Part shown: positions 37,570 through 48,616 of the stretch, one piece after another
Numbering within the stretch: the first letter of the stretch is position 1
Layout of the letters: every line of letters starts with the position of its first letter
Assembly: GCA_963675785.1 (NCBI GenBank)
Contig: OY776562.1
Span: 1,184,001-1,248,000, forward strand
Length of the DNA: 64,000 nucleotides
Direction of reading: 5' to 3'
Origin: Anaerolineae bacterium
GTDB lineage: Bacteria > Chloroflexota > Anaerolineae > UBA1429
Notes under the pieces: model-generated
Databases searched by the model: none
The model's input: the letters and a program-made list of their open reading frames with translations, nothing else
Told to the model about the DNA's origin: nothing
Translations under genes and position numbers: made by a program

Positions 37570-38904
37570 CTAGTCCATTTCGGCAGCCGCTTCGCGCTGT
37601 CGCGTTTCTTTGTCTTGTTCAGACCTCAGGGCCCACAGACGGCTTGCCTCTGGCTCTTCAACCATGCTGTAGGTCAACCGATCACCTTCGCGAACATCGA
37701 CAATCAGGCGCACATTCTCCGCTAGCGAAGCTGGCAAGAGGTCTTCTTCCAAGGCTGCCGATGCTTCAACCAGTTCGCCGCGTATGCCAAGGCTGCCCAT
37801 TCCTTCGAGGATACTTCCTGCTTCAAGGTCGGTCTTGGCAACAGCGATGACATCGGCGCAACGCACATCACGCGGTGCACCGGTGGCTGTGCCACAAAGC
37901 GCTGCCTTGATGACAGACATGTTGGCTTCGCCTCCACAGAGATGATGCGGCCGATACAGCACACCATACGCGTGGTCTTCAGTTGTAAAAGTCATGTAGC
38001 GCTTCATATAATCACGATCTGCTTCAGGCAAGGCCACAACGATCCATGTGCCGTTTACCAGGCGCGATTCGATAAGGGTGATGCCGTCTGCATCAAGGCA
38101 ATCAACAGCATCGATAACGCCTTCGCGATGCAGCGATCCTCCCTCTGTTTGGGGGCGAAAATACCCCGGAATCTCTGAGAGGGACGCTGTTGGCAGATGA
38201 GGACCACCGATATCTGGGCGTAGACCGGTGGCATTAGCCACAGAGCACAGTTCCACGTAGGTCTTGGTTCCATCATCATATTCCCGGTCTTGTCGCCGTT
38301 CGCTGGGCTGCTCTTGCATGCGTACAGCGCGGTGATGCGGGTAAAAACGTGTACCCTTGCCAGCCGCCATCACCCTAAAGCCAAGGGTGCGAGCCCAGGC
38401 GATGAATTCGGTGAGATTGCCCGGCTGGTCACCATCAGCAATGGTGTATACGACGCCGGCTCGGTCTGCACGTTGGCGCAGTACTGTCCCAACGGTGCAA
38501 TCTGTCTCGACAGTAACCATGACAATATGTTTGCCATAGTCGATAGCCATCTCTGCCACGCGTGCAGCAGTCTCGGGCAGACCAGTGGCTTCTACAACAA
38601 CATCTACACTGGATTGGCAAGCAACACTCAGATACTCGGTAACGACGGCTTTGCCCTGGCAGATAGCTGCATTGGCCTCTTCAACTGTACTAACGACTAC
38701 AATATCGGCACTGTCTCTTCCTGCAGCAAGAAAGGTTTGTGCGGCCCGTTCAGTATTCAGATCAGAGATGATCGCAGGATACAATCCGCGAATGCGGTGC
38801 GCACGGAGCTGCATACCACGGCCAAAATCGCCCGAACCTACCCAACTGATACGAACTGGTTGGCCAGACAAGTCGCGTTCGGCGAGCTCGTCGCAGAGAA
38901 TCAT
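37570..38904 (-). CDS. NAD(P)-dependent oxidoreductase with C-terminal SAF domain
   Basis: 'VGSGDFG', 'VVEATG', 'GDQPG', 'ANATGL', 'YRPHHL', 'AKTDLEAG'. Confidence 0.85.
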   Translation of the reverse strand: MILCDELAERDLSGQPVRISWVGSGDFGRGMQLRAHRIRGLYPAIISDLNTERAAQTFLAAGRDSADIVVVSTVEEANAAICQGKAVVTEYLSVACQSSVDVVVEATGLPETAARVAEMAIDYGKHIVMVTVETDCTVGTVLRQRADRAGVVYTIADGDQPGNLTEFIAWARTLGFRVMAAGKGTRFYPHHRAVRMQEQPSERRQDREYDDGTKTYVELCSVANATGLRPDIGGPHLPTASLSEIPGYFRPQTEGGSLHREGVIDAVDCLDADGITLIESRLVNGTWIVVALPEADRDYMKRYMTFTTEDHAYGVLYRPHHLCGGEANMSVIKAALCGTATGAPRDVRCADVIAVAKTDLEAGSILEGMGSLGIRGELVEASAALEEDLLPASLAENVRLIVDVREGDRLTYSMVEEPEASRLWALRSEQDKETRQREAAAEMD

Positions 38905-39058
38905 TGGGGTCCCTCCATCAATCGTAAGGCTCACTAATGCAAGATAGTTAATCATTGATCTGTTGGCATTATAAGCTACATGGTGCAAAGGTTCTAGAGC
39001 GGCATTCCCTTCCTTCGCAGATGTTAGGAAATTGTAATAGCACGCAGCTGCGCATTTC

Positions 39059-42000
39059 TTATACCTGTGTAGCCCCTGCCCCGGCCTGGCGCACCTGATC
39101 CAGGCTCAACATCACTAGCGCAGGACCGGGGCGTAAGAAACAGAGCCAGGCCTCCACATCCTGATCAAGCAGATATGCTGCTGCTGCAGCATAGGCGTCG
39201 AGTTTGGCGCAATAGTCGTTCCTGGAACTCGCCAACAGGCTTTCATAGGTCTCTCCCGGCGCGAGTCGGTCGGTTTTGAACTCGACGATGTGCCAGCGCC
39301 CATCCTCTTGGAACATCAAGTCAACAATGCCCAATTCATGATCACCTTTACCAGTCATTGTTGATGGTATAGCATAGGCAACTTCATGCTCTCGGCGCGA
39401 GGCCATGGATACCCGGTGATGCAGTTCAGAGGACAAATAGGCATCAAGAATGGCACGAGCCTGACTGGCCAATTTGCTAATTGCACTATTGTCGATGACG
39501 CCATAGGTATGCGCACGCTGCTCAATAAAGGTCGACATATCCGGACGATTGTTTGGTAATTCATAGACCCAGCCAGCGATGGCATCATGCACAATAGCTC
39601 CCAGAGCCCAGGCGTTGGGCTTTTCGCCTCTTTCATAGACCACTCGCCAAGTTTTAGGCGGTGGACTTTGCTCTTCCTCGGCGCTCTTTTCGTCAATCTG
39701 AGGTACAACGCCATGGATCGAGCCCAGCAGCGGTGGTTTTCCACGGCAAATAGCAGGATTGGCTGCAGATTTGTGCGCTGGCAACCGCAAGACGCACTCG
39801 CTACCATAGAGCGTGACCAACACCTCTGTTCCGCGGCATACAAGGGTCTCTGAGCGCATGCCCTCAGGAGCATCCTTGGCTTCTTTGAAGAGGTCACTCA
39901 AGCCGTCGAGTTCGGCCGTCAACATGCCAAACCAGCATTTGTTGTTGATAGAGACAGTTGCCCCATTGACGATGAGCAGCTCACGGGCGCGTGTGGCTGC
40001 TACATACAAAAGTCGCTGGCTTTCGGCTGCATCCATATCACTCTGACGCTGGCATGCCGCCTCCCAAACAGCCCCATTTTTCTTGGCATCTTGCTCATCA
40101 GAGAGTTTGATTACTGGGCCAAAGCGATCGTCTATCAAAGGAGAGCGAATGCGGGTGTTGCTGTATCCTGCATCGCCGATGGCTACGACGGGGAACTCGA
40201 GTCCCTTGGCGCCATGCACGCTCATCAATGTAATAGAGCCTTCCTCAATGGCTCGGGCTTCACCTTCGCGGGTGTCACTCTGTTTCAATTGATCGATGTG
40301 GCGCAGAAATCGCGAAAGATTAGTCAGGCCGCTGCTTTGAGCGTCACGCACCAACTTTTGCAGATTCCGTGCGCTACGTGCGCCGCCTGCCCGTTCCAAC
40401 GCAGCAAGATAACCGGTCTCTGCCAGAAAACGGCTGATCAGTTGATCGACCGGTACACGCCCTGCTTCCTGATGCAACGCATTGGTCAGCGCTAGACCAT
40501 ATTCCACGGCCGCACGATCGGCTGGTGAGAGCGGCGCCAGCAGTTCCTCGCGCCCCTTTACTTTTGCAAAGATTGTGATCAGAGGAACGCGAGGCTGGCT
40601 GTGAGTTGTATCCTTGTGCTTTCCATAGAGCCAAAACAGGGCCGCATCACTGGCGCCGATGGCCGGAGAGCGCAGCAGACCGCACAACGCTAGATCATCT
40701 GTTGGATCAGCAATGGCCGCCAGCGCATTCAAAAGGTCGCGAACTTCGGCGCGATCGTAAAAGCCTTTGCCCGCTACGGTGTAGAAAGGCAAGCCGGCCC
40801 GTTCAAAGGCATCCTCATAGGCCTCAAAGGCGTTGCCCGAACGGCAAAGTACGGCGATATCGCCATAGTTGAGAGGGCGCTCTTGGCCGTCTTCCTGAAT
40901 GGTATGATGGTCATCGTTCACCAGCTCGCTCAGTCGCAAAGCCAATGCATCAGCCGCGCGCGAATCGGCACCGCCACTCTTGGGGCCCACAACGATCTCC
41001 AGTTCAATATGTGGCGCATCAAAGCCTCCACCTGGTTCTTGACGATGGGCTATCAGGCCAGCAAAGGGCTCACGCCAGGGTCTGGCGGCATCGGCAGTCG
41101 TGCCAAGCACAGGCTCCAGCAAGGTATTGAGCGCTTTAACCAACGGTTGGTGGCCGCGATAGGACTCATTGAGGTCAACGACAAGACTGTTGCCATTGCT
41201 GGTCTGCCCGACAATGCTCTGGCGCAGTCCGCGGAATACGGCGACATCGGCGCCCCGAAAGGCATAGATGGACTGCTTGGCGTCTCCTACACAAAAGAGG
41301 CTGGTTCTTGGGCCGCAAAGCGCCTCTACCAGAGCTAACTGCGTGGCATTGGTATCCTGAAACTCGTCTACCAGCAGTGCCTTCACCTGATCCTGCCAAC
41401 GGACAGCTACAGTCTCGCTGTTCATGAGCAGGCGCAATGCATATTGTTCCAGATCGTCATAGTCGATAGCTCGCTGGCGTTCTTTGGTTGTGTTATACAA
41501 TTGGGCTGCCGTGCGATAAGCTTTGCGCAGGGCCGGCATGTGTTCAGCGAGCTGTCGATCCAGTTCGTTGAACTCTAGCGTCTCGATACTGGCTGTTCTG
41601 GCGATCTCGCGCATCGTTTTAAGTGCTTCTTTAATGGCGGAACAACTTTCTTTGCCGCCCCAGTTACCCTGACTTCCCCCCTGCAGGTTCACACTGGTGA
41701 GTGTCTCAAAGAGGCGAGACAGCATTTCTATATCATCGGGAAGATTGCCAGTGCAGGCCCGAGCAGCTACCCAAGCGGGGTAGAGTTTGTCGCCGGCATT
41801 GCTCGGTTCGATAGACCGCACCGTTTGGGCTGCCTCGTGCCACGCCGAAAGTGCGAGAATGCCCCTGACGCGCTCTTGCAACACGTTAGCCAGTGCCTCT
41901 TGCCAGGCTGTCTCGATTTCGGCAGTAGATTCGGGGAGACGATCGAAGGCATCGCGCACGCACTGTCCGCCGGTGAGCAAATCTTGAAGCAGTTGCAAAA

Positions 42001-42523
42001 GTACTCTCTCGCTCAACAGGGTAAACAGATTGCTGCCCAGATCGTCATCGGCCATTAACCCCAGGGTTTGCTCGATTGCATCCGCCCGTGCCAGCACACC
42101 CTGGGCATCGTCCAGTACCTCAAAAAGAGGATCGAGTCCTGTCTCAGCAGGACTGCTGCGCAGAATCATGCCGCACAGTGCATGAATGGTGCCGATGTGC
42201 GCGCCATCGATTTCACGATAGTGAGCCATCCATGTAGAACGTTCGACAGCGTCCTCTTGCGGATCGAGGGAGGCGACATAGTTCCCGATTTCGTGGCGCA
42301 CGCGATTGCGCATCTCGCGTGCCGCCTTGCGGGTAAAGGTTATAGCGACGATGCTGCGCATGGGCACGCCATTGGCAAGCAGTGCCAAGTAACGGGCCAC
42401 CAGTGTGCGCGTTTTGCCAGTGCCTGCGCCAGCTGTCACGATGATGCGAGAAGCATCCGAAAGCACGGCGGGGAGTTGTTCTTTGCTGGGCGGTGTGAGC
42501 TTTAGGATCGGTTTATATTGCAT
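39059..42523 (-). CDS. addA: AddA-like helicase-nuclease
   Basis: 'AGAGTGKT', 'VDEFQDTN', 'VGDAKQSIYAFRGA', 'HGAKGLEF', 'LYVAATRA', nuclease 'GIVDL...EFKTD'. Confidence 0.88.
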   Translation of the reverse strand: MQYKPILKLTPPSKEQLPAVLSDASRIIVTAGAGTGKTRTLVARYLALLANGVPMRSIVAITFTRKAAREMRNRVRHEIGNYVASLDPQEDAVERSTWMAHYREIDGAHIGTIHALCGMILRSSPAETGLDPLFEVLDDAQGVLARADAIEQTLGLMADDDLGSNLFTLLSERVLLQLLQDLLTGGQCVRDAFDRLPESTAEIETAWQEALANVLQERVRGILALSAWHEAAQTVRSIEPSNAGDKLYPAWVAARACTGNLPDDIEMLSRLFETLTSVNLQGGSQGNWGGKESCSAIKEALKTMREIARTASIETLEFNELDRQLAEHMPALRKAYRTAAQLYNTTKERQRAIDYDDLEQYALRLLMNSETVAVRWQDQVKALLVDEFQDTNATQLALVEALCGPRTSLFCVGDAKQSIYAFRGADVAVFRGLRQSIVGQTSNGNSLVVDLNESYRGHQPLVKALNTLLEPVLGTTADAARPWREPFAGLIAHRQEPGGGFDAPHIELEIVVGPKSGGADSRAADALALRLSELVNDDHHTIQEDGQERPLNYGDIAVLCRSGNAFEAYEDAFERAGLPFYTVAGKGFYDRAEVRDLLNALAAIADPTDDLALCGLLRSPAIGASDAALFWLYGKHKDTTHSQPRVPLITIFAKVKGREELLAPLSPADRAAVEYGLALTNALHQEAGRVPVDQLISRFLAETGYLAALERAGGARSARNLQKLVRDAQSSGLTNLSRFLRHIDQLKQSDTREGEARAIEEGSITLMSVHGAKGLEFPVVAIGDAGYSNTRIRSPLIDDRFGPVIKLSDEQDAKKNGAVWEAACQRQSDMDAAESQRLLYVAATRARELLIVNGATVSINNKCWFGMLTAELDGLSDLFKEAKDAPEGMRSETLVCRGTEVLVTLYGSECVLRLPAHKSAANPAICRGKPPLLGSIHGVVPQIDEKSAEEEQSPPPKTWRVVYERGEKPNAWALGAIVHDAIAGWVYELPNNRPDMSTFIEQRAHTYGVIDNSAISKLASQARAILDAYLSSELHHRVSMASRREHEVAYAIPSTMTGKGDHELGIVDLMFQEDGRWHIVEFKTDRLAPGETYESLLASSRNDYCAKLDAYAAAAAYLLDQDVEAWLCFLRPGPALVMLSLDQVRQAGAGATQV

Positions 42524-42525
42524 GA

Positions 42526-45500
42526 CTATTGCCCCCATCCCCCTCGATAATGGCTGCAAAAACCCGCGGCAGGGCAATAACTTGGGCACCCTTTTGAGGG
42601 AGGTGACGGCACGAACTGCCCGGCCATAATGCCTTCAATGGCCTTCCAGGCGTTGCACATGGCTGTTACAGAAGCAGGTTCGGCGTGCTTGGTATCATAG
42701 TCAGCGAGGTTTAGTGCGCTGGCTTGAGCCGCGAGGATATGCCAGTAAAAGCCATCGCGCACCTTGCCCAGCTCAAAGATTTGCTCAGCAGCGAGGGCAT
42801 ACAGGGGCATCTGCAACAGTTCGCCATCCTCTACACGCTTGTTGGTATAACTCGATGCTCCTCCGGTCTTGTAATCGATGATACGCACATGTCCTTGTTC
42901 GTCACGATCGACTCTGTCGATGACGCCGCGCAGGTATAGTTGGAGCGTTTCGCCGTTTACCTCCACCGAAACGGGCTTTTGTCCGGCAAAATAAGCCTCT
43001 AGCCTTTCAGCATGCCAACCTTCATCTTGTTCGATGGTTCGTATAGTGCGCTCCAGTGCCTCGCGCAACTGCTGCCGGGTTTGTTCCCACCAGGCAGTCT
43101 CACGAAAGCCCTCTGTATAGGGCGCGGCCACCAATTCCTCTTCACATACGGTATCGAGATAATTAAGCAGATTCTCCGTGGAGACATCGTCCTGCTCTAG
43201 CGCCGCTCTGTAAGTTTTTTCCAGGATGCGGTGCAAAAGGCTACCGAGTTGTCTGGCATCTGGTCCAAGCCGGGGCTCCTCACGGGGTTCAAGGCGCAAC
43301 ACATCGTTCACAAAGAACCAAAACGGGCAGGCAGTGTAACGCTCTAGCCGTGTGGGAGACCACACCGTTTCGGCATTGAATCGCTGCTGCAACGTTTCTG
43401 CGAGATCAGCCAGATAGCCGTCGCATTCATCACCCTGATATCCCGCAGTACGGGAATGCAGTATGCTGACACTGGCATTCACATGATCGAGCTTTTGTTC
43501 GAGCTCTTGATTCTGCCATTCAATCCGACCGCGTGATGCTGCCAGCACAACCTCGTCCCACGAGGCGCAGGACTCCCAGGCCGTCAGGCTCGAAGATGTC
43601 AATTGCGTTGGGGAAGTTGCGCACAGGCTGGCCAATTCCTCCCAATATGGTGAGGGCGCCCATTCTGCGCCATCTGCGGTCAATCGCGGACGTGTACACA
43701 GCAACTTGTCGCGGGCGCAAGCTGTAACCTTGTATAGCAGTGCCTGTTCCATGCTGCGCAATGGTTGCCTTAGTGGCAGGCCCTGTAAGCGTAGCTTGTG
43801 CCGCACAGCCTCTGGCAAAAGAATGTCATCACGTAGTGTTTGGGGAAATTCGCCCTCTGCCAGGCCAACCAGGGCAACAGCAGAAAAGCTTAATCCTTGG
43901 CATCGCGGTGCCGAAAGCACTTGCACGGCGGGCTCATAACCACGGGTCTCTGGCAAATAGGTGGCAGCGCGGGTTGCCGCGCGCAACTCGTCCAAAAAAG
44001 CTGGATAACCCAACAGCTCTGCTCCCAAGGTGGCTTCTGCCTCGACCAGCGCACGCAGAATGTCTTTTAGAGCAAGCAGTGCGCCACGGTCACGGCTAGC
44101 GCGCAAGGGATCCTGAACGATGAGCCGGGCAATGCCCAGCGAGTTCTGCTCCATCGGCGTCTCTGCCTCGTCACCGATGAGATTCTCAAACCAGCCCACC
44201 CAATCTCGGTAGCTGGCCATGACGGGCGGTGCTAGGCGTTCAACCATACGCTCAAAGCGTTCGCTGATTTGCCTGGCATTTGTAAAAGGGGGACGCTGTG
44301 TATCATCTAAATCATCGTCAAACGACGCGGTGTTCTCTCTTGTCTCTCCCTGGCTGGCCATATCAAGTGCCTCGCGCCATTGGGTGAGCCCTTGAATGAC
44401 AACGCCATCGCGAGCAATACGGTCGAGCTGATGGGTATCCTGCAAAAGCCAGCCCAAAGGCGCACCGTCAGCGCCAATTGCGTGTTGGAAATCCATATAA
44501 GGGCTGGCCAGTACCTCGATGAGCTCTCGAGGGGGCAGCGCCATTGGCTCGTTAACCAGGGGCGAAAGCGCCTCGAGCAGCATTAGCATGATGGCAATGC
44601 AGGGGTTTTGTCCGAGAGGCTGCCCTTGCTCTATGCGCACAGGCAACTCGAATTCCTGGGCCAACTGTTCAATCATGGGAATGCGATCGCCCAAACTGCG
44701 CATCACCAGTGCCGTGTCCTCTGGCGCGACGCCATCCAACATGATGCGCGCCTTGAGCCAACGCAAGGCTTCACGGATTTCATGCTCAGTGTTGGGTGCT
44801 GCCAGCAGCTCGAGTTCTGCGATAGGGGACACTTGGTTGCCCGAAAAAAGGTTAGTGCTGATAGCCCCCAGGGGATTGGCGTAAAAATCTTGGGGTAGAA
44901 ATACTGGCCAAGTACCAAGTTTTTCGCTGATGAGCGCCAAATCCTCGGTCAAGGGACTGCCGATCCTATCGCTTGTGGCATCAGCGGGTTCGCAGTCCAA
45001 CAGAACGATCATGCGGCCCACACGGGGTGCTAATTCTTGCAGCAGGCAGGCTTGAACAACCGTATAATCGCTCAGACCGTCGATAATGAGCAGGTCACAG
45101 ATGGTTCTCGTATTTGTTTCGGAAAGGCTCTTGATTGCCTGCCAGGCCAAACCGGCTGAATCGATCTTGTCGAGTCTGGCCAGTTCGTGGATGTAAGTAT
45201 CATAGATCAGCGCCAACTCGCAGACGCCTGCCAGATCAAGGGAATGGGCTGCCGCGTCGAGTTCTGCTGGAGTGATCATGGCGTGCTCTAGTTCATTCAG
45301 CAGACGCGTCAACTCGACCGCAAAGCCGGGTTGAGCTTGTATAGCGCTGTAATAAGAAAGCTCCAGGTTAACAAGCAACGAACGCAAGAGTCTGTATTGC
45401 AGGTTATCATCCAAAACGTCGGGCGATTGCCCTGAACGGGAAAGACAAAGCCGCGCCAGACCCTGGAAAGTTAGTACCTGCACGCCAATGGCGCCCCCCT

Positions 45501-45657
45501 GCTTTGCGATGCGCCGCTGCCACTCTCGTCGCTGCAGCGCATTTTCGACACACACGACGGGGCGCATGACAAGATTGCGAGATTCCTGCAGTGCTTGCTC
45601 AACCGCCCAATGGGTTTTCCCGGTTCCAGGGGGTGCTTTGTAAAGTTCAACGGGCAT
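42526..45657 (-). CDS. addB: AddB-like subunit with Fe-S PD-(D/E)XK nuclease
   Basis: 'PPGTGKT', 'SPTRLERYTACPF', 'GVIDRVD...IDYKTG', 'QMPLY', 'CPSYC....C'. Confidence 0.85.
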   Translation of the reverse strand: MPVELYKAPPGTGKTHWAVEQALQESRNLVMRPVVCVENALQRREWQRRIAKQGGAIGVQVLTFQGLARLCLSRSGQSPDVLDDNLQYRLLRSLLVNLELSYYSAIQAQPGFAVELTRLLNELEHAMITPAELDAAAHSLDLAGVCELALIYDTYIHELARLDKIDSAGLAWQAIKSLSETNTRTICDLLIIDGLSDYTVVQACLLQELAPRVGRMIVLLDCEPADATSDRIGSPLTEDLALISEKLGTWPVFLPQDFYANPLGAISTNLFSGNQVSPIAELELLAAPNTEHEIREALRWLKARIMLDGVAPEDTALVMRSLGDRIPMIEQLAQEFELPVRIEQGQPLGQNPCIAIMLMLLEALSPLVNEPMALPPRELIEVLASPYMDFQHAIGADGAPLGWLLQDTHQLDRIARDGVVIQGLTQWREALDMASQGETRENTASFDDDLDDTQRPPFTNARQISERFERMVERLAPPVMASYRDWVGWFENLIGDEAETPMEQNSLGIARLIVQDPLRASRDRGALLALKDILRALVEAEATLGAELLGYPAFLDELRAATRAATYLPETRGYEPAVQVLSAPRCQGLSFSAVALVGLAEGEFPQTLRDDILLPEAVRHKLRLQGLPLRQPLRSMEQALLYKVTACARDKLLCTRPRLTADGAEWAPSPYWEELASLCATSPTQLTSSSLTAWESCASWDEVVLAASRGRIEWQNQELEQKLDHVNASVSILHSRTAGYQGDECDGYLADLAETLQQRFNAETVWSPTRLERYTACPFWFFVNDVLRLEPREEPRLGPDARQLGSLLHRILEKTYRAALEQDDVSTENLLNYLDTVCEEELVAAPYTEGFRETAWWEQTRQQLREALERTIRTIEQDEGWHAERLEAYFAGQKPVSVEVNGETLQLYLRGVIDRVDRDEQGHVRIIDYKTGGASSYTNKRVEDGELLQMPLYALAAEQIFELGKVRDGFYWHILAAQASALNLADYDTKHAEPASVTAMCNAWKAIEGIMAGQFVPSPPSKGCPSYCPAAGFCSHYRGGWGQ

Positions 45658-45803
45658 CAGGCGCCTCCGCCATAAAGGAATGAAAGGCAAAGCACTAACA
45701 TACTAGACAATAGCTGGCTCAACATCAAGCCTGTGTGCCACTTGCCCTCTGACCATTTTAGGGTAATCTTGGACACTGGAATTCGTCGCAAGGACTGGTC
45801 ACG

Positions 45804-46928
45804 ATGCAGATTAAGCTTGTAGATCCATCCAATCCCAAAGATTGCCGCGCCTTTGCCCAATTTCCTTTTGCTCTTTATCGCAACGATCGACAATGGGTTC
45901 CGCCGCTCTTGTCAGGCGAGCTCACTGTACTCGATCCCCAAAAACACCCTTTCTATGAGCATTCACAAGCGGCTTTTTTCACCGCGGTGGATGGCGGCCA
46001 TGTTGTTGGCCGTATCGGCGTTATGGACAACCGCAATTATAATGCCTGGCACAAATCCGACACGGCTTTTTTCAACTTTTTTGAATGCATCGATGATCAG
46101 GTAACCGCTTCTGCACTTGTTGATGCTGCCGCAAACTGGGCCCGCAACCGTAGCCTGAATCGCATTATTGGCCCCAAAGGGATGACCCGCGCAGATGCCA
46201 TGGGTCTGCTGATTTCGGGTCATCAGGAGCATATGGTGGTTGGTCGTCCCTATCACCCGCCCTACTACAAAGAGCTGATCGAAGGGGCGGGATTCACCAA
46301 AGAAATCGACTATATGTCTGGCAACGTTCTCTATGAACAGGGGTTCGATCCTCGCTATATTGAGTTAGGCGATCGGGTGCAAGAACGGCGCGGCTTTCGT
46401 GTGCGTTCCTTCAAGGATATCGATGATCTGCGCACGGCAATTCCGTATATTAAGCGTGTTTTCAACGAAGCTTTTACCGGCATTTGGGGTTACTATCCCA
46501 TGACCGCCGCTGAAATTGACATGGCTGCCAACGATTTAACGACCATTGCGCAACCCGGATTGGTCAAGCTGGTATTTAAGGGAGATGAACTGGCCGGGTT
46601 CGCCATGGGTTTTCCGGATGTCAGTGAGGGCTTACGCCGTGCCAAAGGAAAACTACTTCCCCTGGGATGGTACCACCTCTTGCACGCCAAGACCCATTCA
46701 CAGTGTATCACGTTTCAGGGGGTAGGCATGCTGCCCGCTTATCAGGGCGTTGGCGCTAGTGCCCTGCTTTATAGTGAGATCGCCAAAACAGTCTTGTCAT
46801 CATCTTTCAGACTGGCTGATTTTGGCCAGGTTGCCGAAACCAACCCTCGCAGCCTGGCTGATATGGAAGCCATTGGCGTTCGGTGGAATCGCATTCATCG
46901 CATTTATCAGATGAGCATTTCGGTTTAG
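45804..46928 (+). CDS. YghO-like GNAT-fold protein
   Basis: 'LYRNDRQWVPPL', 'HPFY', 'VGRI', 'FFECIDD', 'YHPPYY', 'HRIY'. Confidence 0.8.
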   Translation: MQIKLVDPSNPKDCRAFAQFPFALYRNDRQWVPPLLSGELTVLDPQKHPFYEHSQAAFFTAVDGGHVVGRIGVMDNRNYNAWHKSDTAFFNFFECIDDQVTASALVDAAANWARNRSLNRIIGPKGMTRADAMGLLISGHQEHMVVGRPYHPPYYKELIEGAGFTKEIDYMSGNVLYEQGFDPRYIELGDRVQERRGFRVRSFKDIDDLRTAIPYIKRVFNEAFTGIWGYYPMTAAEIDMAANDLTTIAQPGLVKLVFKGDELAGFAMGFPDVSEGLRRAKGKLLPLGWYHLLHAKTHSQCITFQGVGMLPAYQGVGASALLYSEIAKTVLSSSFRLADFGQVAETNPRSLADMEAIGVRWNRIHRIYQMSISV

Positions 46929-46951
46929 CATCCTGCAGGAGGCGCCGCATT

Positions 46952-48421
46952 ATGGCCACAACAACCAATACTGAGAAACGGCCGGGGTTGCCCCTCTGGC
47001 TCAAGTCGCTTTACGGCACTTGTGAGTTAGGCATTGCCGGCTTTAACACGCTCCGCCAGATTTTTTATGCCATCTTTGTGACCGATGTCGTCGGCCTCGC
47101 ACCGGGATTGGCCTCGATTGCCATTGTAATCGGCGTCGTTTGGGATGCTATCAACGATCCGCTTGTGGGCACCCTAAGCGATCGACTTAATACTCGCTGG
47201 GGTAAACGCCGTCCCTTTATGGCCCTGTTTGCCATACCCTTTGGGCTGGTTTTTCTGGCACTATGGTGGGCGCCTCCTATCGAACAACAAGGCTGGTTGA
47301 TGGTCTATGTGCTCGCATCCTATATGCTGAGCGATACCATGCAGACTCTGGTAACTGTGCCCTATTATTCCCTTACGCCCGCCATGACATCCGATTATGA
47401 CGAACGCACCGCCCTAACCAGTTTTCGTATGGGTTTTAACCTCTTTGCCTCATTGGCCACAGCAGTAGCGGCGCCGATGATCGTTGACAGCGTAGCTGCA
47501 GCAGGTGGCACACAGCAGCAGGGCTATCTTTTGATGGCCGGTATTTTCGGCTTGATTGGTGCGGTTCCTTTTCTCACCACGGCCATCTTTGCCCGTGAGA
47601 CGGTTCAAGAAGACCAAGTGGGAGAAGAGCGTTCCGTTCGAGAAACTCTTAAAACCGCCAAGGACAATGTGCCCTTTCGTTACGCCACAGCCATCTATGT
47701 GCTCAACTGGATCACCGTGGACCTCGTTTCGTTGATGTTGCCCTATTTCCTGACCTACTGGGTAGCCAGGGGGCAGCTCCAGGCGCAGATGACTATCGCT
47801 GGTATGAACATCGCGATCGAGTCTGTCATACTGGGCGTGCTGCTGCTTACGGCATTTCTTGCGCTGCCTTTGTGGACTTGGCTTTCACGCCGATTGGACA
47901 AACGGATTGCCTATATAATAGGCATGAGTTCATGGTTCGTTGTGCAATTACTGTTGATCACCGTACAGCCCCAGCAGACAAACCTGATCCTTATTTTCAC
48001 AGCACTTGCCGGTATTGGTGTCAGCGCAGCGCATGTGCTGCCTGATGCGATATTCCCCGACGTTATCGAGTGGGACGAACTGCACACAGGCCATCGTAAC
48101 GAGGGCATCTACTATGGAACCAAGAACTTTTTGCGCAAAGCTACCAGTGCTATTGCCACGTTCATAGCCCTGCAGGCATTGGGTGCAGCTGGCTATCAAG
48201 CTCCTCCGGATGGCGCTGCTGTATTCATGCAAAGTGACACCACTTTGGCCGTCATTCGAATGCTGACCGGACCAGCTGGAGCCGTATTGCTTGTTGGTGC
48301 CATCGCCACTGCTTGGATCTATCCCTTGAACCGCAGAAAGCATGCGCGAATGCAAATGCTCCTCCAACGCCGCCGTGAGAGACGGGCCAGGCGTCGTAGC
48401 GAGCGCCTAAAGAGCGCCTGA
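46952..48421 (+). CDS. GPH-family (MelB-like) sugar:cation symporter
   Basis: 'WDAINDPLVG..SDR..TRWGKRRPF', 'DYDERT', 'DVIEWDEL.TG.R.EG'. Confidence 0.92.
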   Translation: MATTTNTEKRPGLPLWLKSLYGTCELGIAGFNTLRQIFYAIFVTDVVGLAPGLASIAIVIGVVWDAINDPLVGTLSDRLNTRWGKRRPFMALFAIPFGLVFLALWWAPPIEQQGWLMVYVLASYMLSDTMQTLVTVPYYSLTPAMTSDYDERTALTSFRMGFNLFASLATAVAAPMIVDSVAAAGGTQQQGYLLMAGIFGLIGAVPFLTTAIFARETVQEDQVGEERSVRETLKTAKDNVPFRYATAIYVLNWITVDLVSLMLPYFLTYWVARGQLQAQMTIAGMNIAIESVILGVLLLTAFLALPLWTWLSRRLDKRIAYIIGMSSWFVVQLLLITVQPQQTNLILIFTALAGIGVSAAHVLPDAIFPDVIEWDELHTGHRNEGIYYGTKNFLRKATSAIATFIALQALGAAGYQAPPDGAAVFMQSDTTLAVIRMLTGPAGAVLLVGAIATAWIYPLNRRKHARMQMLLQRRRERRARRRSERLKSA

Positions 48422-48616
48422 TTCGAGCCAATAGAGGGATATCCTTTGAGAGTTTAGACCTTGAAGGATGTCCCTTTAACATATACAATGTTAAGATACT
48501 TGGCTTGGGCTTGGCAATTTGTTTTCAATATCCCCACTCTCTCGAGTACGGCTCAAACCTTGTGTGGTTCTCCTCTTCTACTTGCCAGTTACTGCAAGAA
48601 ACTATGGAGGCTAGAT